This document shows positions 31,240-46,649 of a stretch of 64,000 bases of DNA, in pieces. The notes beneath the pieces are model-generated. The model worked only from the letters and a program-made list of their open reading frames with translations, did not search any database and had not been told where the DNA came from. Position 1 is the first letter of the stretch; each line of letters starts with the position of its first letter. Position numbers and translations under genes: made by a program. Source of the DNA: Rebecca billardiae RCC1528 (lineage: Eukaryota; Protista; Haptophyta). Location: contig OZ251252.1 of NCBI GenBank assembly GCA_965240325.2, positions 124,001 to 188,000 of the forward strand, read 5' to 3'.

Positions 31240-32061
31240 TTTCGAGTCCCGCAAGAGGGCGGGACGAGCTCGACTCGATCTCGCCGCGGCTGGCCTGGCT
31301 TTGAATCCGGGCGGCGGACGAGTCCGGCTGGGCCGCTCGGTCTCGATATTAGCTGATGAGCCACCCAGTCGTAACGCGCGCCCCTATGGGCTGCGCGTAC
31401 TGATGTTTGACGCTCGGGCGTTGACGAGGCGGCGCCAGCCAACCACAGCGCTGCGCGCGGCCGCAGCCTGCTTCCGGACCCGAGTCTGTTTCATCGGCGG
31501 CTGGTCCGGCGGCTGTCCCGGACCAGCGCTTCATCCCGCAACTGCGCGCGTGCGCGTGCGTGCCCTCCTGCCTCTGACGCCGCGCAGGGCGCACCGCCTT
31601 GCTGCCCCGCTGCCCCCGCCCCGCGGCGGACAGTGGTGTGCGCGCGCCTCCCGAGGCCACCGCAAGGGCGCCGCGCCGCACGAGGCGACGGGCGCGCTTC
31701 GGCTCCGGGGCGCACCGAGCAGCTCGACGGGCCGGCGACGGGCGCGTGCCAGCGCCCGCCTCGCCCGCGCCCTCCCCAGCCCGCCCGCCCGCCCGCCGCG
31801 GCGCGCCTCGCAGAGGGCGCGCACCGGCGGCGAGCAGAGGCGGCGCCGTCCGCGCCAGCCCGGCGGTCCGCCGGCGGCGCGCAGCGCACCGGGCGGCAGC
31901 CCCGGCGGCGCTCCACCGCGTGCCGCGCGCACACCGCGCGCGCGCTCGCTCCCCTCCTCCTCCGCGCGAGGGCCCCGCCGCCCTCCGACGGCGGAGAGTG
32001 CCGGCAAGGTAACCGCCCGGCCGCAGCGGCCCGCGAGCCCGCCCGCCCGGACACCGGCGCG

Positions 32062-35546
<3,485 letters not shown>

Positions 35547-36399
35547 GCCGCGCTTTGTGTGTGTGCCGGTGGGCCGCGCGCGGCGCGGGCGGCGGCCGAC
35601 GCCGCCGCGGCGGCGGCGGGGCGGCGGGCGGCGGCGGGCGCGCCGCCGCCCGGGGATGGATGCTGGCTGTGCGAGGGAGGGAGGGGGGGAGGGGGGGCGT
35701 GAGGGGCAGGGCAGGCTCGGGGGTCGGGGACCGGCGCACCACCGGAAGGCGCAGTGGGGGTGGGGCAGGGCTAGGGGAAGGGCGGGTGGGCGGGCGGCCG
35801 ACGGCGGCCGACGGCGAGCGGCGCAGCCGCAGCAGCGCGGCAGCCCGCGAGGCCGCGGGCCCGACCGTGCGGAGGCGCGGCGGCCGCACGCAGCTGCGGC
35901 GGCGCGGCGGCGGCGGCGGCGGCGGCGGCGAGTGAAGCGGACACGCGGCGGCGCGGCGCACAGTGCCGCGACACGTCGGCGTCCGCGCGAGCGCGCCACC
36001 ACGACGGCCGCCTCGTCAGCCGTCAGCCAGTCAGGCTGTCTGCGCCCCGCTCGACCGAGTGGGCGGCGGAGCGGCGCGGCCATGCCCGCCTGCGACTGCC
36101 GACTGCCGTCTGACGCGCGCGGCTCACGTCCTGCGCGCTGCGCCGCGGCTGCCGCCGTCTGCGCCGCGTGCTGCGCGCTCGTCATCTGCACAGTACGCGG
36201 CGCGGCCGTTGCGGCGCATCATCATATGCTGTCGATCATCGTCATCATCACCACGTGTATCGCACACGAACGACAGCGCATCCGCGATGACTTTTACTAC
36301 TGCTACGAATACTGGCGCGCGCTGAAATTACGCGGCGCTAATCGCGTGATACTACTACGGTACAACTACGTATATATATATATCGATATAATAATAATA

Positions 36400-38565
36400 T
36401 GACCGCGTTCCGCGGTCCTTCCGTAGAACCAACGCAGTTAGGGGCCCGCGGTGCACCCTCCGTCGGCTGCTGTCTCAGTCGGACATGTGTAACAGTTCGT
36501 TTGCCTCGGAGCTGCCACCGCCACAACTCAGTTACCGCCCACCGGGCCGGCGGGCCGAGGACTGTCGCCGGCGGGCCGCCGCGCGGGGAAGCGGCCGCCG
36601 CGGGGCGGCGCGCGCGCGCAGGCAGGGCGATAGGCGCCGCGCGGCGCGGGCCAGCGCGTGCGCGCGTGCGGGCGCACAGTCTGCTTGACGTGCTCGCGCG
36701 GCGCCATGCGCTCGACGACGGGCCGCTGGTCGCTCACTCAGCCGGCGCACCTCGTGCCGGCAGACGGAGCGAGAGCGCGCGCCGCGCAGTGCTGCCCCGG
36801 CCTGCGCTGCCGGCAGCCGCGCACCGAGACCGAGCGGAGCTCGGGGTGGAACGAGGCGAGCGGCGCGTCGCGCCTGCCGCCGCGCGTGCGCGCCTGCTCC
36901 ACCGCGCCGCCGTGCTCGCCCGCCGCCTCCTCCGCCGCGTCGGCCTCGAAGACGGCTGCGGCGGCCCGAGCCAGCGGCACGGGCTGAGCCCGTGCGCGCT
37001 GGCGCCCGGCGCCGATCGCCTCGACGGCCGTCTACTCCACAGCTGGCTGCTCGAGCTGCTGCACGGGGCGTCGCGACGAGGGCGCCACGCGCGCCCAGCG
37101 CGTCCGTCTCCGCGTCGCGCAGCGCGTCGAGCTCGGCGCCGCGCTTCGCCAGCTCGGCGCCCAGCGCCTCCGCACTCGCAGTTGGCATGCGCGAGCGTGC
37201 TCAAGCTGCTCGCGTGTGCCGCGTGTGCACTGGGCGCGGTGGCGGGTGCGCTGTGCGCCGCCGACACGTCCGCAGCGCGCGCCGCGCTCGGCGCCGCGCT
37301 CGGCGCGCTGCACGCCGCGGGCGCGGGCGGGCGCGCGGCGGCGTGGGCACGAGGGCTGTCCGTGCTGTGCGCGGAGCTCGGCGCCGCCGGCGCGGGCGCG
37401 TGCCACGCGGCGCTGCTCGAGCTGCCGGCGGGTGCGCAGCTGCGCGCGCTCGGCGGGCTGCTCGGCACCGCGCTGAGCGCCGCGCGCCCGCCCGCCGGCG
37501 CCACGCCGGCCGGCGCGCTCTGGCGCCGTCGCGCTGTTCCGCGAGCACCTGCGCGGCGCCGCGCTGGCGGAGGCGCTGGCGCACGGCGGCAGCGCGGACG
37601 ACGAGGAGGATGAGGAGACGATGAAGATGAGCAGGGCGAGGGCGGCGGACCGTGGGCCGGCACGCCACACGTCTACCGATGATGCTCGGGCGCCGAACGA
37701 AGGCCAGCGCCAGAACGCATATGCCTGCGGGTTGAAGGCCAAAGCTCCTTTCGCCCGCTCGAAAGTGAAGGTTGTCTCGTTTGCTGTGTGCTGATTGGTG
37801 GTCGTCTTTCTATGGGTCGTAACCAAGCCGCTGCGTTTTTGTCAATAGCAAAGTTGGCATGGGCGAAGAGCAAACATCATAGTAAATGCGTGAGTGATTC
37901 TCGGTTTTCGAGTCTCTCCGCTCGCTGCGCGCTGATTGGTCGTTGTGCAGCTAACCCAAGGTTTTTAGTACACAGGTTGGTAGGAGTTGTGTTGTGTCGA
38001 TATGGAATTGTGGACATAGAATGCTGAGCGTTTGACCAATCAACGTCTCGGGAAAAAGGACGAAACATGACTCACACGTGTGAGTACTCCCGATCTCCGG
38101 GAGATATGGCCATTTCCGCCCACTGGGGTCATTCAGGTGTAAAGTTGAGTAATTTGGCACCGCGCAATAAAGGTTCGTCGTTAGTAAAGTTGAGTACTTG
38201 ACGAAGACTTTTTGCCAGGAGCCCAGGACCTCCAGCGCACGCGCTGGGTCCTCGTCCTATTTGGCAATATGCTATGAAGATTTACAACAAATCGCAGATT
38301 CGTTCACCCAGATATACTGACAAATGCACGTCCGTCCATCGACATATGCGAAATGGCCCGGGCGCGGCTATTTCGTCAATCGCGTCTTGCTAATGCAGAG
38401 CAATGGGCGAATGTACCCCTCGAAAAAGCGAAAACTCACCCTCCAACAGCCCTCAAAATCGTCCCCCGTCCCCTTTTCTTTGATCAAAAGATCTGCTTTT
38501 TGACAACGTAGTGAGGGCCCCCGGCGGGGCTCCACGCTACGCGCTCCGCCCTGCACCGCGGGCCA
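36400..38565 (-). mobile_element. Helitron2-like family, copy 2 (2.2 kb), with unrelated internal cargo
   Basis: Starts TGACCGCGTTCCGCGGTCC..GGCCCGCGGTGCA (reverse complement of the copy-1 3' end) and ends CCCTGCACCGCGGGCCA (reverse complement of the 5' end). It sits in TA/TAA repeats. Confidence 0.75.
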
Positions 38566-38576
38566 TAATAATAATA

Positions 38577-39959
38577 TGACCGCGCGTTCCGCGGTCCTTA
38601 TTTTCCGTAGAACGAACGTAGTTCAGGGCCCGCGGTGGCGGTGCACCCTCCATCGCAGCAGTCGTCTAGCTATTGATACTACATATATTATCCGGAGTTG
38701 CATGCCGCCCGTACAACTAGACTCCAGCTGCGCGCCGCCGCCCGCCGCGCCGGGCGCGGGCCCTGCATCGCACTTCACGCACGGCCGCCGGGGCCGGCGC
38801 GGCGCCGATTGTGTACAGGCGGATGCGACGAGGCGTGATCGACGCATGAGCGCGACTCCACGTGCACGCCAGGCCACGCGAAGCTGACAGCCAGGGAGCA
38901 CGGTGCGGGGCCGCGGATTCGTTCGGGCCGCTGCTGCTGACTGACCGCTGTCCCGCGGGTCACCGCGCACCGGCAGCGCCAGGATAGTTAGCAGATGATT
39001 TGCACTGGTCCGAGTATAGGGTTCGACCAGCGCCTGCGCGACGGCCGACAGGCGGGCGCGAGGCGTGATGGACGCATGAGCGCAACTCTACGTGCACGCC
39101 AGGCCACGCGGTCGGCGGTGCTGTCAGCCCGAGGGAGCACGGTGCCGACTGGTGCGAGGGCACCAGGCATGGCAAGGGCGGCGCGTGGTGAAGTCGGAGA
39201 CTCAGAGATCGATCAGTCCGGCATCAGGCGCCGGCTGGCGCCGCTGCCCCCGAGCTTGCGAGAGCCCGAATACAGGGCGGCTGCCGCGGCGCAGGCGCCG
39301 GCCCGACGCGCGGCGGACGCGCAGGCAGTCGACACGGGCCTGGCGCGGGGGCGCGCGGAGTGAGGCGGGGCACGAACTCGATGTCGCCCGTCAGTCGGGA
39401 CCCGCCGCAGCCGCGCGCACCAGGCGCGCCACTCGCCGCGCGTACCTCCCATCGCGGGGCCATCGCCGTCCTCACCCCGTCCCCTCGCGAGTGCGACGAG
39501 TCGGTCGCTCGTGGCTCGCCCCCTTGTCTTGCCTCGGCGCAACGACTGGCGTACAAAACGCGGTCGGACACGCCGCGCGCGATACGGATAGCTGCGGCGG
39601 ATATTTTTCAATGTCTCGCACTATTGGAGTTGGTTGGACTATTATGTCAACGGTCGTTCTTGGCGGCATCTTGCGGCGGCGCACTACATGCGAACGAGAG
39701 TCTACCCACAATTATACCCAGCCTGGCACACTTGGGCGAGTGAGTTTCGTTGATTCCTCTGACTATACAAAAGGACCGGGCGCGACCTTTTCGGCCGTGA
39801 TCAGTGTTAGAGAGGGTCTCAAAATTCGAAACTCGGTCTCCTCCAGCCATGAAAATCGTCCCCCGTCCCTTTTTTTCTTGATCAAAGATCTTTTTGAAAC
39901 GTGGGTAGGGCCCACGGAGCGGGCTCCACGCTGCGCGCTCCGCCCTGCACCGCGGGCCA
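38577..39959 (-). mobile_element. Helitron2-like family, copy 3 (1.4 kb), resembling a deletion derivative of copy 1
   Basis: Same termini. 38700-39450 resembles the reverse complement of about 9540-10700, and 39770-39959 resembles 5787-5980. It is separated from copy 2 by only TAATAATAATA. Confidence 0.8.
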
Positions 39960-41254
39960 TAATAAGTGAATACTAGACGACGATGCTGATGATGACGAGG
40001 CGTAGTCTTATATAGTATTATATAGATGATGATGTCCGAATAAGATGCTACTGGTCGTCCGCTTTATTACTACTACTTATTTGGTACTATGATGTCTATA
40101 TATGGCATACGACTCTGTCTATATGGTAGTACGTCGTCGTAGTAGCTAGTTCGTTCGTCGTACGACTACTATATATATACCAAAATCCGCCGCCCGGATC
40201 GTCGCGTCGTGCTGCTGTTAACAGAGTTGCAGTGCGCGCTCGATCGACCGCCACCGGATGGCGCTCGATCACGCCCGCCTTCGCGCACGTCGCGGTTCTG
40301 GTGGAGGGCGTCAGACAGAAGAGTTCAAGCCGCGCGTCTCGTGGGCTAGCTCCTTGCCGTTGATGAGCGCGAGCACCATCAAGTTTGGCTCCGACTTGGC
40401 GGGGCCGGGGGGGGCGGGTGGGGCACTTTGCCAGACAAACCGCGTGGCGCACGCCCGAAGAGCTCACCTCGGAGTCACCAACTGCCGGGAGAGCTAGCTT
40501 CCCGTACGGGCTCTTGGCGCGTACCTGGCGTCCCTATACTACCTCCCAGCATGGCATGGCCAGCCGCCAGGTTGACGTCCCCTTGCAGTTGTATATACTA
40601 CTCCTGCGTTGCCGTGACGTCACTGCATAGTATACGGGCACCGCGCATTGCGGTTCACGGCGTCATCGCGGCCGTCTCACAGTAGTGACTGTGGCGGGGC
40701 ACGTTTTATGGTGCGCGCAGGCCAGGCATGGGCAGCGGAGCGGCCAGCAAACGAGCGGAGGTGCCAGCAGGCGCGCGCATGCATTCGATCTGTTAATTGC
40801 GGGCACTCACATGCACGGTCACGTGACGCGCGCGCCTAGATCGATCGACATATTTGTTATTTATAATATAGAATTATTAGATGACAAGACTTGCTGTCAG
40901 GCTGCTGCGCCCAGCACCTCACCAGTCACCTCGATCGGGCACCCGGCGGCGTTCGGTAGCGCGTGCACTGTGCTGACTGTGCAGCCTGCAGGGCGGGCGC
41001 TCGATCACGATGCAGCATGCACCCGGCTTCAGACTACGCGCCCGCCGCCAGTGGGCGTAGCTGAATCCAGTCGTGCTGAATAATAATACATATGCTGTGC
41101 ATATGTGCCAGTAGCTAACTACTACTAGCGCCAATATAATAATAACGCGCGCGCAGCAGCGAGCAGCACGTGCACGTCGCCCGCGCAAATGTGCGGCGCG
41201 GCGCCCGCCGGCACCGGCCGAGGCCGCCGAGCGTGCGGCGAAAGCGTGCGCTGA

Positions 41255-42861
41255 TCAGAGGCGCCACGGCACCGCCGGCCACTGTATCAGCGGGAGCAGC
41301 TCGAGCAGCAGCGCCTCCGCCTCCATCGCGTCATCCGCGCCCGCGCCCGCGCCCGCGGCGGCGACGCCGAGCGCGTCCGCAGCCGCCGTCGCGGCCGGAC
41401 TGCCGGCAGAGGGCCCGAGCGCGGCGGCGGCGGCGGCGGCGGCGCACGGCCCCTGCCATGCGCCGGCGGGCCAGCGCGGCGGCTGGCACGCCACGAACGA
41501 CGACGATCCCGCCGCCGCCGCTGCCGGGAGCGGCGGCGGCTGCGGCGCGAGGCGCGCGACCGCACCGGCACGCGGCGACGCATCGGCAGCAGGCGGCGGC
41601 GGCGGCAGCGGCTCAGCGCGCCGCGCCGCCTCGGTGCCGCCAGTGGTGCCGGGCGGCGCGCCGCTGCCGCCCGCCACGCCAGCGGCGCACGGCTCAGGCG
41701 GCCCCTCGGCGCGCACCGCCTCCGCCTCGCCAAGCCCGCGCCCACCGGCGCCCAGCGCGCGCGCGGCCGACGCGTCGGGCGCGGCTGCCGCGCGCGCGCC
41801 GCAGCGCGGCAGCAGCAGCGCGCGCGCCTCCGCCTCGACCGCGCCCAGCTGCGCGCACGGCACGAGCCAGCCGCCGCCGCCGGGCAGGAACGCATTCCAG
41901 AAGCCGCCGCGCGCGCGCAGCAGCGGCGCCAGCGGGCCGCCGCCGCCGCGGCCGGTGTCGTCCGAAGCGCCGGCGCCGTCCGCAGGGTGGCCGCTCGCCG
42001 CTGCGGCGGCGGCGCGCGTGCGCGTGCGCACCAGGGCCATTTGATCAGAGTAGGGACGCACGTCGAGCAGGGCGCTGGTGGGAAGCCGCGCGGCGGTGGC
42101 TGCTGTGCTGCCGCCGTGCGGCTCGGTGGCGGCGGCACCGGCTGGCGGCGCGCCGGCGGGCCGCGCGCTGGCGGCGGGCGCGGGCGCGGCTGGCGCAGGG
42201 GGCGGCGCGCGCGGCCGCGCCGGGCTGGCGGGTGCGCGCGTGCCGCCGGCGCGGGCGCAAGCGCAGCTGCCGGGCGGTTGGGGCTGGGAGGCGTCCGGCG
42301 CGAAGGGCGGCGGCGGCAGTGGCTGTGGCGGCGCGTGCTGCCACCACGCGGCGACCACCGCCTCCGCAGCGGCGGGCGGCTCGGCGGCCGGCGACCGTGC
42401 GGGTGACGCGGTCACGCCACCGCGCGCGCACCCGCCGCCGCCGCCTCCGCCTCCGCCTCTGCCGCCACCGCTGCCGCCACCGCCACCGCCGCCGCCGCCG
42501 CCGCCGCCAGCAGCGCTGGCGCCGCCGCGGACGCCCACGGCTGCCGAGCACACTCCCGCACGCCCGCCGCTGTCCGAGCCGCCACCGCGCGCGGCGGGGG
42601 ACCCCAACCCGGCGCGCGGTGCGTGCGCGCGCTTGGGTGCCGCGCCCCTGGGGCTCGTGGGCGGCGCGGGGCGCTTGGCGCCGCGGCACGGCGCGCCCGC
42701 GCGCGGCGCGGCGGCGGGCGGCGCGGTGCACTGCAGCGCTGCCGCCTCCGCAGCCGTGAGCAGACCCGCGCCAACCAGCGACTCGAGCTGCGAAGCCTCG
42801 GCGCGCGCCGTGGCGTCGCCTTTGCTGCCGCCACCGCCACCGCCGCCGCCGCCACCATCAC

Positions 42862-42911
<50 letters not shown>

Positions 42912-43712
42912 GCGCCGCGCCGCAGCGCGGCGGCTTCTGCCGCGCTGAGCAGCCCGGCGTCCACCAGCGCCTCGAGCTGCGCCGCCGCCTCCGCGTTGGG
43001 CGTGGCGGCGGCGTGCGTGCCGGCGGCGCCCCCGCCTGAGGGCCCCGGCGCGCGCGTGCAGCGGTGCGCGTCGCGCGCCGGCGGGGCGCGCGCGGGCATG
43101 CCGAACGCCGGCGGCGGCGCGCGGGCGGCGGCGGCGCGCGGCGAGCGGGCGGGCGTGGCGGTGGCTGCCACGGTCGGGCTGGCGGCCCACGCTGCCTCCG
43201 TGGCCGGCGCGGGGGCGCGCGCTGCGCCGCACGGCGGGGCGCGCGCGCCGTGCGCGTCAGAGCCGCCGCCGCCACTCGCGGCCGGCGGCGCCGCCGCCAC
43301 CGCCGCCGCCGGCGCGCGCAAGTCGGCGCCCGCGCTCGCGCCGTTGAGCGCGGCGGCGCGCGCTCGCAGTGGCACGCGCGCGCACGCCGGGGGCACGCCT
43401 GCGAGGAGGGCGCCGACGAGGTCGGTGCCGCCGCTCAGCGCGGGCGCTGGCCAGAGCACCAGCTGGCGGCAGTGCGCGCGCGCCAACTGCGCGCCGCACG
43501 GCGGCATGTGCGGCGGCGGCAGCGGCGGGCGCGCGCCGCCGCCGCCGCCGGCCGCGTCGGCAGCAGCGGCCTGCCGCGCGGCGCGCATCCGCGCCTGGCG
43601 CGCGCGCGCCGCCGCGTCTCGCATCGCGCCGAGCACGGCCTTCTGCGAGCGCACCACCGCGCTCAGGTCCCCCGCGGCCGCGCCGCCGGCACACAGCCCG
43701 CCCCCGCCACAC

Positions 43713-43795
<83 letters not shown>

Positions 43796-44593
43796 TCTCT
43801 CGACGAGCAACACGCACTCGCCCGCCGCGGACCGTCCGGTGCGGCCGAGGCGCTGCACCGTGCGCACTGGGGAGGCGGTGGCGTCGAAGCAGACGAGCAG
43901 CCCGACCTGCGGCACGTCGAGGCCCTCCTCGCCGATGCACGTGCACACGAGCACGTCCGTGCGCCCGTGGCGGAAGGCGTCCAGTGCCGCCTGCTGCGAG
44001 CGCTGCGGCAGGCCAGCTGCCGTCTCCGCGCGCGCGGCCGCGAGCGCGGCGGCGGCTGCGGCAGAGCGAAGCCCCGCGCCGTCGCCCGGCTCCGCGTCCT
44101 CCTCGGCGTCGGCGTGCGCGCCGTCGGCGCCGGCCGCACGCTGCTGCACGGGCACGGCGCCAGATGCAATCTCCCGCTGCTGCTGCTGCGCCGACTGGCC
44201 GATGAAGGCCGCCGCTCGGAGCGCGCGCCTGCTCGCGCCAGCGTGGGCGGCCGCGCCGCCCGCGTGCGCGGGTGCGCGCGGCGCGGCGTCGGCGGGCGCG
44301 CGGCCGCACAGTCGAATGGCCGCCAGCACTCGCGCGACAGCCGAGCGGCTCTCGCAGAAGACGATGGCGCGCGCCGGCGGCCGCTGGGCCGCGCCACCAC
44401 CGCCACCGTCGCCGCCGCGACCGCCGTCAGCCGCCGCGCCGCCCCGCGCGCCGCCGCAGCCAGGCGACTCGCCGCCGCAGCGCGCGAAGAATTGGTTGAG
44501 CTCCGCCACGAGCGCGCTCAGCTTGGGCGAGCTGGAGACGAGGTCGCACGCACCGGACTCGGCACCGCCGCCGGGCTCGAAGCCGCAGCCGAG

Positions 44594-44627
<34 letters not shown>

Positions 44628-45865
44628 GCGAGCGCGGGCGCGGGCGCGAGGCCACCTGCATCGCCGCCGCGCGCCGCCGCGGGCGCGGGCGCGCGCGCGG
44701 CCGCGTGTGCGCCGAGCGCCGCGCCCGCGCCCGCGAGCGCGCGGTGCAGCGCCCAGTTCGGCGGCAGCGCGCACGGCGCGCCGGCGTCGCAGAGCGCGCG
44801 CGCACACGCCTCGCAGCAGAGGCGCGCGGCGGGCGAGGCGTCCGCTGCCGAGCGCACGATGATGGCAGCCTCCGCCGCGGCCGCCGCCGCCTCCGTCTCC
44901 GCAGCGACGTCGGCGGCGGCACCGCGCGCGCTCGCGCGCGCCGCGTCCGAGCCCACGCCGCCCTCGACCGCCGGCGCCGACGCCGCGCCGAGCGCTGCCA
45001 AGCCGCGCCGCACGCGCGCGCACGCGCGCGCGCACGCGCCAGTGAGGCACGCGGCCGCGCCCGCGCGCCCGGCCGCGCCGCCGCCGTCTGCGCCGCCGCC
45101 CTCGGCGCCATGAGGAGCCGGCGGCGCGCAGCACGGCGGCCAGCGGCCCAGCGCGCGGCGCAGCGCCTCCGCGTGCGCACCCGCGGCCACGCCGCGCGCC
45201 GCCTCGTCCCCCCCGGCGCCGACCGCCGACCGCGCGCCGCCGCCGCCGCCGCAGCGCGCCACGGCCGCGGCGCCGCCGCCGGCAGCGGCGCAGCAGTTGT
45301 GACCGGAGAGCTCAATCATTGGGCTGCGGGCCGAGGGCGGTGGGGGCGGCGCGGGCCACGGGCTGGCGGCGGCACCGCCCGCCGCGCCGGCCGCGCCGCC
45401 GCCCTTCGCGCGCAGCAGCCCGCGGAAGCCGCCGCCGCCGGGCCCGCCGCCCGGCCCCCCGCCGCCGCCGCCGGCCGCGCCGCCGCCAGGCCCGGCGAGC
45501 AAGGCAGCGGCGAGCGCGCGCTCGGCCGCGCGCAGCGCGTGCGCGGTGCGCGCGCGCGCGGCGGCGGCGTGCGCCGCGGCGGCGCGCGGCGAGGCCGGCG
45601 CGCGCGCCGCCCCCGCGCCGCCACCGCCCGGCAGCGCCCGCCCCTTCCCGCCGCCCTGCGCCGGCGACTGCCGCCGTTTCCCGGAAGCTTCCGCGCGCAC
45701 GTACACGGTGCGCACGGTGCGCTCGAACACGTGCTCGGCGACGTAACGGTCGTCCTCGTCGAGCGCGACGACGTCGCACACGCGCAGCGCGCTCACCACG
45801 CGCTGCACCGCCGACACGTCGCGCCCCGCCGTCGCCGTCAGCGCGAGCACACGGAAGTGCGCGCT

Positions 45866-45914
<49 letters not shown>

Positions 45915-46423
45915 AGCGCGGCCGCGTGCGCGCTCAGCCGGCGGACGATGACGACGTACGCGTGCTCGCCCTGCGCGTGGTGCGCCTCGTCGAGCACGAG
46001 CAGCGAGATCCGCCCCGCCGGGCACGCGCCCGAGCCGAGGTCGTTGGCGAGCACCTGGCCAGTCGCGAACAGCGCGCGGCACCCGTCGTACGCGCGCGCG
46101 CGCTGCGCCGGCGGCGTGTCGCCCGTGAGCAGCTCGGCGGCGGCGCGCGGGAGCGGCACGTACGAGAGCACCGCGTCGAGCTGCTGCGCCGCGAGCGGGC
46201 GCGTCGGCGCGACGAACACGACGAGCGAGTCCGGGAACCAGCGCGCAAAGTTGTGCATCACCACCGCGGCCACCATCGTCTTACCCAGTCCGGTGGGCAG
46301 CGAGACGAGGCAGTTGGTGCGCAGCGCGGCGAGGACCGCCTCGTGCTGGTACTTGCGGAACGGCACGTCCGACGGGTACTCCCACGCGCGCAGCGCCTCG
46401 CGGTCCGCCGAGAGGCGCGCCAT
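41255..46423 (-). CDS. FANCM: FANCM/Mph1/Hef-type DEAH helicase (single long ORF)
   Basis: WEYP..PFRKYQ, LVSLPTGLGKTMVAAVVMHNFARWFP, FVAPTRPL, DEAHHAQG, LALTAT, AIVFCESR, CIGEEGLDVP and VQRLGRTGR. Confidence 0.9.
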
Positions 46424-46649
46424 CGCGGCAGCCCCGCAAGATGGCGGCGCGCTTTCGAAAGCTCCTTTGGCGCCAGGCAAGCCCTTCTGCGCACACGGAC
46501 CAGTGCGACGCACGCGGCTTGGTCGGCTCAAGGAAGGACTGTCTTGACGAAGCCCGCAGGAAGAGTCCGGGGCTTCTCGGCGACGACGCTCGACGGGCGG
46601 CGCTTTTCGCTTCCGCCACCGACGCGAAGGCGAGCAAGCCGCCGCGACG

